Shown here one piece after another: positions 38,420-51,317 of a stretch of 64,000 nt of DNA (position 1 is its first letter; every line of letters begins with the position of its first letter). Origin of the DNA: Pseudogymnoascus verrucosus (taxonomy: Eukaryota); NCBI GenBank assembly GCA_001662655.1, contig KV460249.1; one strand, given 5' to 3'. The notes below the pieces were generated by a model. The model saw only the letters and a list, made by a program, of their open reading frames with translations, was not told the DNA's origin and ran no database searches. The translations under genes and the position numbers were made by a program.

Positions 38420-39967
38420 ATGCCTCCCACCTCCCCCTCCCGCCGCCCCTCCCTCCCCGCGCGCCTCGCCGCCCGCCTCCCCTCCCGCCTACGCATCCTC
38501 CCCTTCCCCGCCATCCGCATCATCGCCTTCCTCATCCTGGTAAACGCCCTCCTCTGGGCCGCCAGCGGCGTCGTCATCCACTACCACCCCTACCTCTCCG
38601 GCCCCGCCATCCTCTCCTACACCCTCGGCCTCCGCCACGCCCTAGACGCCGACCACATCGCGGCCATCGACCTAATGACCCGGCGCCTTGTCGCGTCCGG
38701 CCAGCACCCCGTCACGGTCGGCACGTGGTTTAGTCTCGGCCACTCCACCATCGTGATCATAACATGTATCGTGGTTGCTGCCACGGCCGGGGCACTTGAA
38801 GAGCGCTTCGGCGGCTTTTCGCGCGTCGGCGGCATCATTGGGACGGCTGTTAGTGCGGCGGTGCTGATCCTGCTGGGGATTGGAAACGGGTATTTGCTGT
38901 TTAGGCTGGTGAAGCGGATGCGGGCTGTGCTGCGGCGGCAGGGGCGGGCGGAGGAAGGGGGCGATGGGGAGAAAGATGGGTTGTTGGGGGTTGCGGGAGG
39001 TGGGATCTTGTTGAGGGTGTTGAGGAGGGTGTTTCGGTTTATTGATCGGCCGTGGAAGATGTACCCCCTCGGCGTGCTGTTTGGGCTGGGCTTTGATACG
39101 AGCAGTGAGATTGCGGTGTTGGGGATTGCGTCGGTGCAGGGAGCGTCGGGGACGAGTTTGTGGTTGATTCTGATTTTTCCGTTGTTGTTTACTGGTATGT
39201 GATCCCCCACGCAAATATAGAGCAAGAGAAACAGGAGAGATCCAAACTAATACCCCCTAGCCGGAATGTGCCTCCTCGACACCACAGATGGTGCTTTGAT
39301 GATGACGCTCTACACCACCAGTGCCAAAGCTCGAGACCCCCTCGCCACGCTCTACTACTCCATCATCCTCACGGGCATCACCGTGATGGTAGCAATCTGT
39401 ATCGGCACGATCCAACTCCTGTCGCTAATCGCCAATGTTGCGGAGCCAGAGGGACCCTTCTGGGACGGCCTGGAGACGCTGGGGGAGTATTATGATGTTC
39501 TAGGAGGGTGCATTTGTGGACTATTTGTGATAGGGGCTGTCGGGGGTGTGATAGCGTATAAGCCGTGGAGGAGGTGGGTTGCGAAGGATTGGGAGGAAGA
39601 GGAGATTATGGATGAGGGGGATAGGAAGGAAGCGTGCCTCGAGAAGGGAGAGGGTGGTATTGGTGGTGAATCGGGGACGGGGGTTGGAGAGAAGGTGCCA
39701 CTTGGAAAGGAGGACGAACGCCGCGAATCTGAGGGAGCGGGCAGAGTGGTTCAAGTGGATTTGCTTGGTCGTGGGCATGATGATATCGAGCCGGCTGAAG
39801 TGCCAGTTAAGAACAGTGCCTTCGTCTCTGGAGACGTGGCTGAGGAGACAAAGAAGAGCTCTGCCATCTCCCCTGAGATTATCCAAGACTCGCAGGAAGC
39901 TCAGACCGCTGCTGTGTCGGGCACAGACGTAAAGAACGACGATATACCCTCGAGACTGGCGAGATGA
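38420..39967 (+). CDS. NIC1: High-affinity nickel transporter (NiCoT family)
   Basis: Signature LGLRHALDADHIAAID, FSLGHSTIV, LFGLGFDTSSE and LDTTDGALM. Intron 39195-39260. Confidence 0.93.
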
Positions 39968-40815
39968 GGCATCTTAGAAATGTAACACAGTGTAACAGCT
40001 GCACAAACCATATAGCTAATAAATACAATAAAAACCTGGCATAACAGAACCCCCTCCCCAGCCATATTTGATATTTCAGAGGACACCAAGGTCATTTTAA
40101 CTATCTTATAACTCCCACATAGACCTAACGGAATTATCCCCATGAGGCTTACAAAGAACTCAATAGAGCTATCCTCACCCCGCCTGTATCACTCTTGCGC
40201 TACACTCACTCTGTGGTCTCCGGTTGCGGTATATGTTCTCAATTGGGTTAGGTTTATGTGGGCGTAAAGAGGGGACGGGTGCGACGGATGAGGCGCATGA
40301 GGATACGATGGTAGCCGGGCAAGTGTGGTGACGGTAGGCAGGGGTAGTGACGATGGCGTGGGGCAGGAGTAAGTGAGGGGGATATAGTAAAATAGTAGTA
40401 TTCATTCACCTATATGTGCCACTATGAAAGAAAATAGGCAAATATTCACGCAGTGAGATGGGAGCGGAAGAAGAGTCCGCTCTCCTGCCGCATACCCGTT
40501 CCCATGTAGTTAATTGAAATATACAAAATTCGAATGCAATCTTCTCGGCATTAATTTCGGGCGGGGTTATGGGATTTGTCTTAGCGATTGAAGATGCACA
40601 GTTTGTTTATTAGTGCGACTTGACCTGCCCAAAACGTTGCATTGGAATGCAGCTTACTCCGCACTTTGATGTTACTGTAGATCACCACGCCATGGGATTT
40701 TATATGCCGATAGATTCCATAGCCACTCGGTGCCATCCACTTTAGTCTTATATTTTAGATTATACTTAAAGTCTGTGACATCCGACTTATTGGTTTTGTT
40801 AAATAAACCTCCAAA

Positions 40816-43291
40816 ATGCATATTCTTAGTAGCGGACAGATTCTGGCTGCTTTTTTATGGGCTTCCAACGCCCACGCATCACCAGACCCCTCAAAGCCCC
40901 ACGACTTTGACGTTTTAAAATATGTCAATCCTCTTATTGGGACTATCAATGGGGGCCACGCATTTGCTGGTGCCTCACTGCCATTCGGAATGGCAAAAAG
41001 CGTAGCAGATGTCAACAGCAAAGAAGAGAGGCAAGGAGGCTTTGCTTCAGACAATAGTGATATCACAGGCTTCTCACACATGCACGACTCAGGGACAGGT
41101 GGTGCTGCATCACTTGGAAATTTCCCCATCTTTGCTCAAACCGGGTGCCCTGGGGACGAAATCAACAACTGCAAGTTTACGAAGGTAGACCGAGCGTCAC
41201 GGAGAATAAATGGATCGGTAGAAGCGCGCCCCGGTTACTTTGCTATTACCCTGAACACGTCGATTCATACTGAGATGACGGTTACGAATCACACGTCTCT
41301 GTATAGATTCACGTTTCCAACAAATGAAACCTCGAATGCTACCTATCCTAACCAGACAACCCATGCATTGCCGCTTAGTCCTCTGATTCTAGTGGACTTA
41401 TCAGATCTCCCTGATTCAAGAATAAAGGGCAGCATAGCCGTTGACCCTACTAGTGGCAGAATTACAGGAAATGGGACATTTACTCCTTCTTTCGGAATTG
41501 GATCGTACAGCTCCTACTTCTGTGCCGATTTCTCAGGCGCCGCTATCCGCGACACGGGAGTTTGGATGAACAATCGAGCGGGCAGTGAGCCTAAGCATCT
41601 TAGTGTGGCAACGGACGGTGTCAACTCTCCTCCTTTGCCAGCCGGCGCATGGACACAATTCCATGCCCCTACTTCTAAAAACGAGATCCTTGTTAGGGTT
41701 GGTCTTAGTTTCATCAGTGAGGCAAAAGCGTGTCAAAATGCCGAGCTGGAAATACCTGATTTCGGATTCGACAAGACTCTGCAAGCTGCTGAAGATGCCT
41801 GGAGGTCGAAGTTGTCTGTGGTTAATATCGATGCTACCGGAGTTAGTGATGATATTCAGACTGTGTTCTGGAGTGGAATGTACAAGAGTATGATTTCGCC
41901 ACAGGATTACACCGGCGAGAACAAACTGTGGGATAGTTCTGAGCCCTACTATGATTCGTATTATTGCATTTGGGATTCTTTCCGAAGTGTTCACCCCCTC
42001 CTGACTATTGTTGATCCTACAAGCCAAACCCGGATGATACGGTCACTGATTGACATTTATCGACATGAGGGTACGTTACTTCCCCTTTGCTAAATGAAGC
42101 CCCTACTAATGCTGTATAGGCAAACTCCCTGATTGCAGGATGAGTTTTTGCAAAGGACTCACACAGGGAGGGTCGAATGCGGATATTGTTCTAGCTGACT
42201 CGTATCTGAAGAACATCACAGAAGGAGTCGACTGGGCCACTGGCTATGAGGCCGTGGTTTCTGATGCCGAAGACGAACCCCTTAACTGGTCTGTAGAAGG
42301 ACGCGGCGGGTTACACAGTTGGAAAAACTTACATTACATCCCAACTGACGACTTTGATCCCTATGGATTCGGGCCCTTTACAAGAAGCATTTCTCGCACT
42401 GTCGAATACGCCTACGATGATTTTTGTATTGCCGAAATGGCAAAGGGAATGAACAAGATTGCTGATGGGGAGAAATACCTTGAACGCTCGGAATACTGGA
42501 AAAATATGTACAATCCACATCAGACATCCCATATCGATGGCAAAGACACGAACTTCGTTGGCTTCTTGCAGCCAAAGTACCTAAACGGCACCTGGGGCTA
42601 TCAGGACCCTATACTCTGTTCTCCGCTATACAACTTCACCTCCTGCTATCTTTCGCCAGGGGGACACGAGACATATGAAGGTAGTAGCTGGCTATACACT
42701 TTCTTCGTGCCACAAGATATGGCCTCTCTAATTCTCACACTCGGTGGCCCCGAAACATTTATCAAGCGCCTCACATATCTTCACTCATACCCCGATCTTC
42801 TCTACCTTGGTGACGAGCAAGCGTTCCTCCCGGTTTTCCAGTACCACTATGGCGGCCGGCCAGCCCTATCCGCTGTTCAGGCACACACCTACATACCCAG
42901 CCAATTCAACAACACCTTTAACGGTATTCCAGGAAACGAAGACAGCGGAGCCATGGGATCCTTCTCGTCCCTCGCGATGATGGGACTCTGGCCTGTAAGC
43001 GGTCAAGATGTGTATCTCATCACGCCTCCGTTTTTCAAAGAGGTCAATATAACGAACGGCCAGACGGGTAAGACTGCAGTGGTACGGAATATTAACTTTG
43101 ATGCCGAGTATGAAAATGTGTTCATCCAGAGTGCGACGTTGGATGGGGCTCCTTACCACAAGAATTGGATATCGCACAGCTTTTATAGTCAAGGCGGCGT
43201 GCTAGAATTAACATTGGGTACGAATGAGAGTGCATGGGGGACAGGGCATCATGACTTGCCACCAAGTTCGTCGACGAGTGGAGTGGCTTAA
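40816..43291 (+). CDS. Secreted glycoside hydrolase family 92 (alpha-mannosidase-like)
   Basis: Signal peptide, YVNPLIGT, GASLPFGM, GFSHMHDSGTGG, IWDSFRS, TQGGSNAD, SRTVEYAYDDF and PGNEDSGAMGS. Intron 42071-42119. Confidence 0.92.
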
Positions 43292-43687
43292 TAAAAGAGG
43301 GTTTGGCTATTCTCAAACCAGCCACACTTTCACACAGGTAGTTAGCATGTATGAGGTCTAAATTATCAACGCTCTCGTCCATCCAATTTAATGACTGATG
43401 AAATATGATACTCGAAACATGATGCCCGCAGTGCTAATGGTTATATGTTGTTGGGTTAATGATTCCTACAAGAGGAAGTAGATTTGGTAAAAAGTTATAA
43501 TAAGTGTAATAACCCGAGTCTAAACACGCTGCGTAGTCTTGAGATGGCAAGAAGATTGCCCTATTTTGAGTATAGTAGTAGACGAGGACAGATAGCAAAT
43601 AAGTATCAAACAGGAGACTACAATAGTCCGCAAAATTATACAAAATATACAATTAATCGCTCAATGGCGAAGCTGAGATGAAGCTGT

Positions 43688-44273
43688 TTATCCCATTCTC
43701 TGCTTTTTTCTCACCCAAACTTCTTTATCCGAACCATCTACACCACGCAACTGCACCTCCCATATTTTGAGCTTGTAATTCCCCCGATCGCCTGTTCCAG
43801 TGAATAAATCAAAAGACCAGTCATGTTTCGGACAAGTAATTCCAGCGCTAAGAACAACGCCGAAGTCCTCGATATCAAAAGGTGTGCCCCGTGAAAGAGG
43901 AAATGATGAATGAGGGCATTGCTACAAATTTGTGTTATTAGAACTAGCCATAGTAAAGTACTTTACATCCATTTAGTTGACATACATGGTCTATGGCGTG
44001 GAATTTTCCTTTGTACTGAAACACGAGAATCTGGCTCTTTAGGTCTAACGCCTCATCGAGGTCCGCCTCGACTAACCCCTTGTGATTTTGAGAGCCATTT
44101 TCACCGTCTTCATTTGATGTGTAAAAGGCTTTGCATCCGGGCTTAAAACCTGCGTTGCAGGCTCGAGATTGCGATAAATTGGCACCGTCTGACTTAACGT
44201 CGAGGAATGCCGAGGAGGGGCCCACAAACAGCCATTGTGCATCTGTCCGAGACGCGGCTCTGAATGGGTTCAT
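43688..44273 (-). CDS. Small stand-alone Rieske [2Fe-2S] domain protein
   Basis: Spliced FHAIDH-QCPHSSFPL...ITCPKHDWSFDLFTG carries the CxH and CxxH Rieske ligands. One intron at ~43922-43986. Confidence 0.85.
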
Positions 44274-44517
44274 CCCAAGGCTTGTTTGCCGGAGTGTCTC
44301 TCTTCTAAAGTCTTAAGGCTTGTTGGTGGCAAGTGGCAGCAGCTTTTCAGCTCTGTTGGTCGGTCGAAAATCGGAATTCATCACGTGCTTTTTAAAAATA
44401 TTTATAAACGAAATTATATAAAATGATATTTATCAATCGATGCTCGATTAACCGATATTAATATTAAAATGCACTTAAACTTATTAACAGACTACGAGGT
44501 GAGATAAAATCCCATTG

Positions 44518-45372
44518 CTACCCTTGTGCGATTATGTTGCTCCTGTCAAAAAGTCTGGCGATGCCGGCCCAATACTGCTCAGCGTTCCTGGAGGCATGGG
44601 CACAGTGACCGCTTGCCTCAAAGCGTAAGTTGACTACGTCGCTGTAACCAGCGCGACGTGCCTGCTCGGCGTGAGCCTCGACGTCTGGTGCAGGAACCAT
44701 CTGATCCGCGCTCGAGTAGGTGTACAGTCGAGGGACGGCATAGGCGATGTAGGCACTACTGTTCAGGCCTCTCCTGGCGCGCGCCACCACATTCTCGAAG
44801 CCGAAGACGTGGTCGGCGATGAAGACGAGGCACAATATTAGGTGGATGAAGGGAAAGGCGAGCAGCTTCAGCATAGGAGATTTTGCTAGGGGCAGTAGGA
44901 TGGCGTTGGCGGAGCGTGTATAACTAGCCTCCCCAGGACAACTGTCCAAGATGATGGCGCGAAAGGCGGTCGCGCGCTGAGCGGGCGGCAGGGCGGCGAC
45001 AACCTGAGCAGCGCACTGGGCGCCACCATTGGAGAAGGCGTGCACGACGATCCCTTCACTGGTGAGTCCGGGCTGCAGATGGGCTTGGAGAACGTGGCGA
45101 GCCGGGCTAAGACGTGCCTGCTGCGCGCTGTCGCCGCGGTAAGTCATGTCGGCCAGGTTCGACTCGAGCACCAGCAAAGCGGTGGCGGGATAGCGATCTA
45201 GATACTCGGCGACGTATTTGGCGATGTGCTTGGGCTGGGCACCGACCCGTGTGCAGAGCACGACGAGGGAGGGTGGCGGCAACCCTGATGGTAGTGATGA
45301 CAGTGGGGATGATGGAGATAGGGCTGGTTCGCGAAGCCAGATGGCAGGCGCTAGCTTTGTGAAGCCGTCCAT
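44518..45372 (-). CDS. DUF829 / PaxU-like alpha/beta-hydrolase-fold protein
   Basis: Motifs GAQPKHIAKY, HAFSNGG, ILDSCPG, PRLYTYSSADQMV and SGHCAH. Single exon. Confidence 0.82.
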   Translation of the reverse strand: MDGFTKLAPAIWLREPALSPSSPLSSLPSGLPPPSLVVLCTRVGAQPKHIAKYVAEYLDRYPATALLVLESNLADMTYRGDSAQQARLSPARHVLQAHLQPGLTSEGIVVHAFSNGGAQCAAQVVAALPPAQRATAFRAIILDSCPGEASYTRSANAILLPLAKSPMLKLLAFPFIHLILCLVFIADHVFGFENVVARARRGLNSSAYIAYAVPRLYTYSSADQMVPAPDVEAHAEQARRAGYSDVVNLRFEASGHCAHASRNAEQYWAGIARLFDRSNIIAQG

Positions 45373-45577
45373 GTTGTCTTAGGTAGACTCAATCACTGCG
45401 GTACAAGTTATTTCGCTTTTTACCAAGCAGATATAGGGAGGTGCTGGTTGATTGCAGAGTAGACGAGCAAAGGACTGAGGATACATATAATTACCCTGGA
45501 CCCATGTCTAGGCCAATAAAGTTGTAGGTGCCCAAGGCTCTACCATGATGGCGGGAACGAGCGAGGGCATCCGTGGC

Positions 45578-45738
45578 TATAGGTGAAAGCAACAGCGTCC
45601 GTAGCCGCGGGGAAAGCAAGAGTAACGGAGATAGTAGGGATGATCAGGAGCCTCTACGACCTGTAGGAAAAACAACAGCGTCTGTGGATGCGGGCGAAAA
45701 CAAGAATAACGGAGACGGTAGGGACGAGTAACAAGCAT
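45578..45738. repeat. Diverged direct repeat, two copies, period ~83 bp
   Basis: CAACAGCGTC at 45590 and 45673, each followed by CAAGA(G/A)TAACGGAGA..GTAGGGA. Confidence 0.75.
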
Positions 45739-45897
45739 ACCATTGTTCCTACTTAATTGCATTATTAATATACATTTGCATCATTTAGACTCTTTATACT
45801 AAGAGTTAAGTTGTTTATAGGCGTTAGACTCATTATTCATTATAGTCTGCAATAGCTGCCGTATTATAATAACAACAACCCACACCCATACCATCCC

Positions 45898-48251
45898 TCA
45901 CGAACCCGTACGGTTAATTTTATGCCGCCCTCGGTCAACTTTCTCGAGTTCAACATTGTGCCATTCGAACTCCTTAACACAGGCGCTGAAGCGGCGCATA
46001 TTTTGCCTTCCCATGGCAATAACACTGTCAATATCAGGTGGTAGAAGGAGACGAAATGCCGGAGCTGTAGTCGCGACCATGAGAATAATAACCATAGTAA
46101 ATGTCCTAATTTGAGGACGCTGATCAGCTTGTAGCTCTGCAAAGTAAATCAGATAAGATGGCTGAAAGCAGCAAACTTACGCCATTCCCGTTGCAAATAA
46201 GTTGGTTAGACAGTTCGCTGGTTCGTTGAAAAAGGTCTTTATAAACCCAGAGCAGCCTACTAGGCAGTCCCTGCAGCAATCAAGCACTGCGGTCTTGCTA
46301 GGGTGAAGATCGATTAGGTGCGGATTAAGTAGCACGTTTTCCAACAGAGGGCGATTTATGATGTACAGTCCTGCGAAATATCTACCCCTAAGCCGTGCAA
46401 CATTCCACAAATGGTTCGAGAAGCGGGTACGGTCTAGCGTGTCTGTCGATGTTGATTTCCCAGGATTTATCTGTGGCCAGAAATCACTAGGGTCGGTCGA
46501 CAGCAGAAACGAAGGCAGATTCTTGTGTATAGCTTCGTGGTGAGATCGTAGCTCAGAGACTAGCCTGTGCAGCCTCATAATGTAAGTAGTATGGTTTTCC
46601 TTTCGCCGCACTTCATGTGGGCTGTATAAGACTGCAGTAGCTCGATTGATGAATCGCCGAATTGCTGAACTGGTGCTGACCTGGAAGGCAGCGAAATTAT
46701 CATAAGGTCCTGGATCTGGAAGTGAAGTCGACATTAGAGTTTTGTTAAGGCCTATATCATAATCCATCTCGGAGTCAGTGTCGTCTGGAGATGGGTAGGG
46801 GACAATATCTTCAAAGAGAGTCATCCCTGATGGCGGCGTGAGAGAGAATTCCGATGCAAAGTCGCTCTCATTGACATACACGACCCAAAAGAGGCGTCGA
46901 AATGGGTCAGAGAATTCAGGATATTCTTTGTGAATGAGGGTTTCCCTACGCAATATTCGTTAGAAATACTGATTTAGATCCAAAAAAAAAAAATACAGCC
47001 GCCTGTCTCGCGTACCTTCTTGCGATGAGCTTGCATTTCCTCGCTGCTACATGTATATTATGATCAGAGTCGACTGGTCGGCCCTTTGCTCCTAGATATA
47101 CACTTTCATGACCTTAGAATCAGTTATTTCATACTTCAACGTGTAGTAGCTGTATTAGGAGGTTCATTGGCACATCTCCCTCTATGATATCCGTACCTTG
47201 CAAGTGTAAAGCACTGGCCTGCTTCGAGACTGTCATCAAGCGAGACAGATCCGAGGAGAAGCTGGGCTTTCTTCCAAAGCCGATCCTCTAGACTATTACT
47301 GAACTCTATTCCCACTTGGTTGTCGTTTGCCGGATTATCTTGTCTTCTCTCCCACAAAACTTGAGGGGAGTTATCTGGTTGGAGAGGCATCTTGGGAAGC
47401 AGGACATTTCCAGAAGCTGCGAGGGCTCCAAGACAGAGAACCATCAACAGTACGCAATATTGCGACTGTCTCTCATCGTCTTGCAAACCGTGCTGGTCGA
47501 CCTCGGAACTAAAGACCGTGTGTAAAGTTTTATATACCTGCTCTTGACGAATAATCGGATAGAAAGCATGGATATTAGCAAAGAAAGCACTAATCAAGTT
47601 TTCGTATTCGGGTAGGATATCCCAAAAATCATTGGAACCAATCCGAGGCTGACGCCTGAAATATTGAAGACTTTCATCGTCAAAAAGGTGCCATGACTCG
47701 ATGCCAATATCTGAGCTGTGCCGCGAAGGTTCTACCAGAAATATGTCTGTCACATCATACAACTTTGGAAATGTAGATAGCCGTTCTGCATTTTCAGTTT
47801 CGGGTAGACCCCGATCTAAGATTTCTTGAACGATTGGCCAGCGGTAGACATGATCAGCATTAGCTTCATGGCTTACCGGAAGCGTTAGCTGAGTATCGTT
47901 GTGACCATGCTCGAAGCTGTTAGGCTGCTCTAAAACAATCTTTGTTAGTAGGGCTCCATATCAACTGACTTGTGCTGGATGAGGCAGACCTGGCTCTACC
48001 GAAGTGTCCGCCACGGAAAATGGAGACGATGAGAAGAGACGGTCTTCCAGACGTTGGATTCTTTCCAAAACGACACGTGTGCCAGCATCAATTTTAGAGT
48101 ATTGCGAGTCGAGATATACACAGTCCACATTAAGATCAACACACAGACTGCATTTTGGCACTCCAGCATCACATCTTATTTTGCGACCCCTGCATGTTGA
48201 GCAAGCTTGTGCCACTCTGCGACGAGGTGGATCACGAGTTGTTCGGTCCAT
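45898..48251 (-). CDS. Zn(II)2Cys6 transcription factor with fungal middle homology region (multi-exon)
   Basis: RVAQACSTCRGRKIRCDAGVPKCSLCVDLNVDCVY, FFANIHAFYPII and RRLFWVVYVNESDF. Exons were joined through canonical introns. Confidence 0.88.
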
Positions 48252-48828
48252 TCTAAGCCCCTATACAGACAGAGTTCCGTATAGTGGCTAACTAGAAATA
48301 AAAAGAAAATGGTTGGAGTTGTTGCATTATGACACTAGCCTCTGTTGAGGATTATGAGCCGTAGGTGCCTCAGGCCGAAAATTACACATATATAACTGGT
48401 CACTGTGAAGTAAGGCGACCATAAGATTTAACTTGTGTAAGGTTCAGATATTTTGGCAATTTTACACGTTGTAGAAATTGCATGAAATAGGACGAGTCTC
48501 AACTTGGGGCCTCTTTACTTTCAATAAATTTCTTATTTTGGTTAGAGTGACAACTACAATACACTCAATGGACCTCAAGATTTCACACAAGGCAACGAAA
48601 TATGAGATTATAACATCAGAGTATTCACTCACACGGGAAGTTTAGATTGTAGTGGTCTCATATACGATCCCAGTTATAAGATTCAGATAACTACAGCCAA
48701 AATAGTGCCTGATTCTCTAGTCACCAAAAATTATCAGTCTGGCAGAACGGAAGAGGAGGCTTCAGGCAGTAAAGTATATGGAATGAATATATCAGTTCAT
48801 TCCGTACAGTTTTCTCTTTGTACATAGA

Positions 48829-50555
48829 TTAGGCCTTTTTGAGACTGGCGCGGTCTAAGTCCTCCACTTGAGCTATCTCGACCTCCGACTTTGCAGCAGT
48901 AATCACCTCAGCCTCCTCGCCATCGAAGAGAACAGCAATCTCCTCTAATGCTCTTCCCTTAGTTTCGACAAACCATCCGTATGCAATAAAACTCTCGATA
49001 GCCAGAATTACAACGTAAACGATGTAATACTTCCACTGGATATTTGCCAATCCAATTGGATTAACATACTGATTAACAAACACCGCTACTTTTGTAGTGA
49101 AGACGTAAGTTGCCATCCCCTTTGCGCGGACCGAATAAGGGAGGATCTCGACTGAGTATGCTACCGGCAGAGGCGAGAAGGCGATGCAGTAGAAGAATTG
49201 GAACAAAAAGATGAGTACAAGAACAGCCATAGCGGCGCCATGGGCAGCAGTCTCTGCGTATACAGCAGAAGCGATGGTCCAAGAAGTAAAAGTAACAAGC
49301 ATGCCGATTGTAGATATCCGGAATAGCGGACGACGTCCGATGCGCTCTACTAGAAGAGCAGAAGAAATGGCAATCAGAAAATTCCAAATGTTGATTATGC
49401 CATTGATGAGTGACTTTGTAGCTGAGTCGTTGATACCGATAGTCTCTAAAATGCGAGCGAGGTCTTATACATATATTAGCTCTGGCAATAAAGATTATGG
49501 CGCGAAAATAACTCACAGTATGATATCAATCCATTGCCAGACCACTGGGAGAAAGTGCCCATGCACACAACAATGAACATTCGATAACGATTGCCCTTAG
49601 TGCTGACCATTGACTTCCATGTTGTGTTGCCGGACGCTGTGACACCTCTTGTTAGTATGACAGGGATCGCGTTTCTATAAGGGAATTAAGAGGGCTTACC
49701 TTTCTCCATGTGGATGGCAGCACAGATCTCTTCGTACTCAAGCTTTACCAACTCAGTTTCCTCTCCATCACCATGGTAGCGTTTCAACGCCGCCATTGCC
49801 TCTTCGCCTCTGTCATGTGAAATGAGCCATCGCGGAGATTCAGGCAGAAACCAAATGGCAGAGAGCTGTATCATGCTGGGCAGCATTTGCAGAAGGGAAG
49901 GGATTCTCCACGACCAAGTACTTGGGATAACCCGTGTACCGTAGGTCAACCAAGCTGCAACAATGGCACCTAAGAACCAGCAAGTGTTGCATATGGCCGT
50001 GACTGCGACTCGCTCCTTGGGATGCGATAACTCACTGACTAGACTGGGCGATGCAGTGGTGCAGAAAGTAAGACCAAATCCAAGAATGAATCGACTAACA
50101 ACAAACATGGCGAAAGTGGTACTTTCACACTGAATAATGGCGCCGGCAATCATGATGCAGCTCCCAACGGTAATACCCCATCTGCGTCCATAGTGATCCG
50201 CCACCCATGGGGCAAGAGGTGCAGAGCACATGGCACCAAGAGCGATGATAGCACTGACCAACCCAAGTGTTGATCCTCTGGGGTTTCCAAAAAAGTCATC
50301 CCAGTAGCTGACAGTCTGGAGAGAATTCATCATTGAGCCATCGTAGCCACTTGTCATGTATGAAACAATCGCGCCTGGAAACAGTAGGGCATATAGTCGT
50401 CTTCTTGAAGCGACCTTGTACCAGGGCGGAGAATCTCTTGCCAGTTCAGAGATTCTAGACGGTTCGAAAGCTGCAGTGATGGATGGCGAGCTTCGGGATT
50501 CTTTGGCTAGGATGTCCTGCCTTGGGGCTGGCAATCGTTTGCGGAGGGAGTCCAT
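48829..50555 (-). CDS. MFS sugar porter, lactose permease / cellodextrin transporter-like
   Basis: GYDGSMMNSLQ, ADHYGRRWG, SELSHPKER, SWRIPSLLQ, PESPRWL, YSVEILPYSVRAKG and VETKGRALEEI. Two introns. Confidence 0.92.
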
Positions 50556-50706
50556 GGTTGGAACTGACTCGGAAGCTGCGATATAGATAAAGAGCGATAT
50601 TAGGGGTGATGAGAGACGAAGCAGGTCTAATGGCAGGTTATTAACAAAATCCAATGGGTACGTCGGATGCTTTTATACTTCAAGAACGCTTTCCCTCATT
50701 ATCTCA

Positions 50707-50880
50707 CCCCACGCGGCAGCTTCCAGCTTCGCACGGGAAATCAATGCCATGTGGTATGTAAATGTTTAAGCTTGCGAGCTAGAGCTAGACGTGGTCCAAT
50801 TTTGCGTTGTCGATCCGGGGGCCCCAACCCCATAATGCATGCCCCAGACTAACCCCCGCATTCGAGGAGAACTGGCTAAA
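50707..50880. promoter_or_regulatory. CreA-type and XlnR-type sites in the divergent transporter/GH5 promoter
   Basis: SYGGRG matches at 50707, 50815, 50842 and 50854. GGCTAAA at 50874-50880. Confidence 0.4.
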
Positions 50881-51317
50881 CCCGAAAATTCCTGAAGACT
50901 CGCTTTGACGGGGGAATTGGTCCTAGTTGCCCCGATCACTTGTGGGTCTGCTTGCGCAAGTTATAAGTCTAAAGTTACTAGCAAGTTATTTAGCGTTGAA
51001 ATGTGCCGCGGCTTACACCATGAACGTGGGTCCAGCATTGAACAAGGCTTCTTATTCGCTCGGGGAAAAAGTAAAGAGATGCCCCGTTTCCAGATGCCTC
51101 GACCGCCATCGTTATTATGGTCAAATTTGAATACATGTCGATGGCCCGATGTCGCAATGGATTTATTTAAAATGGGGGTATAGCTTCTCTCTAATGAGAT
51201 GCTGTTGCGCTTTATATATAACTATGAACTTCACTTTTATATCCTTAATCATTAAACAAATCCACGTGGCGTCCATTTCGACCTGTTCGGTGTATTGCAT
51301 CTTCATATTCTAAAACC

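Noticed and set aside
47940..47969. Apparent 30-nt intron in the TF gene
   Set aside because: A ~60-nt GTCTGC...TAG intron gives the same frame and a normal length.
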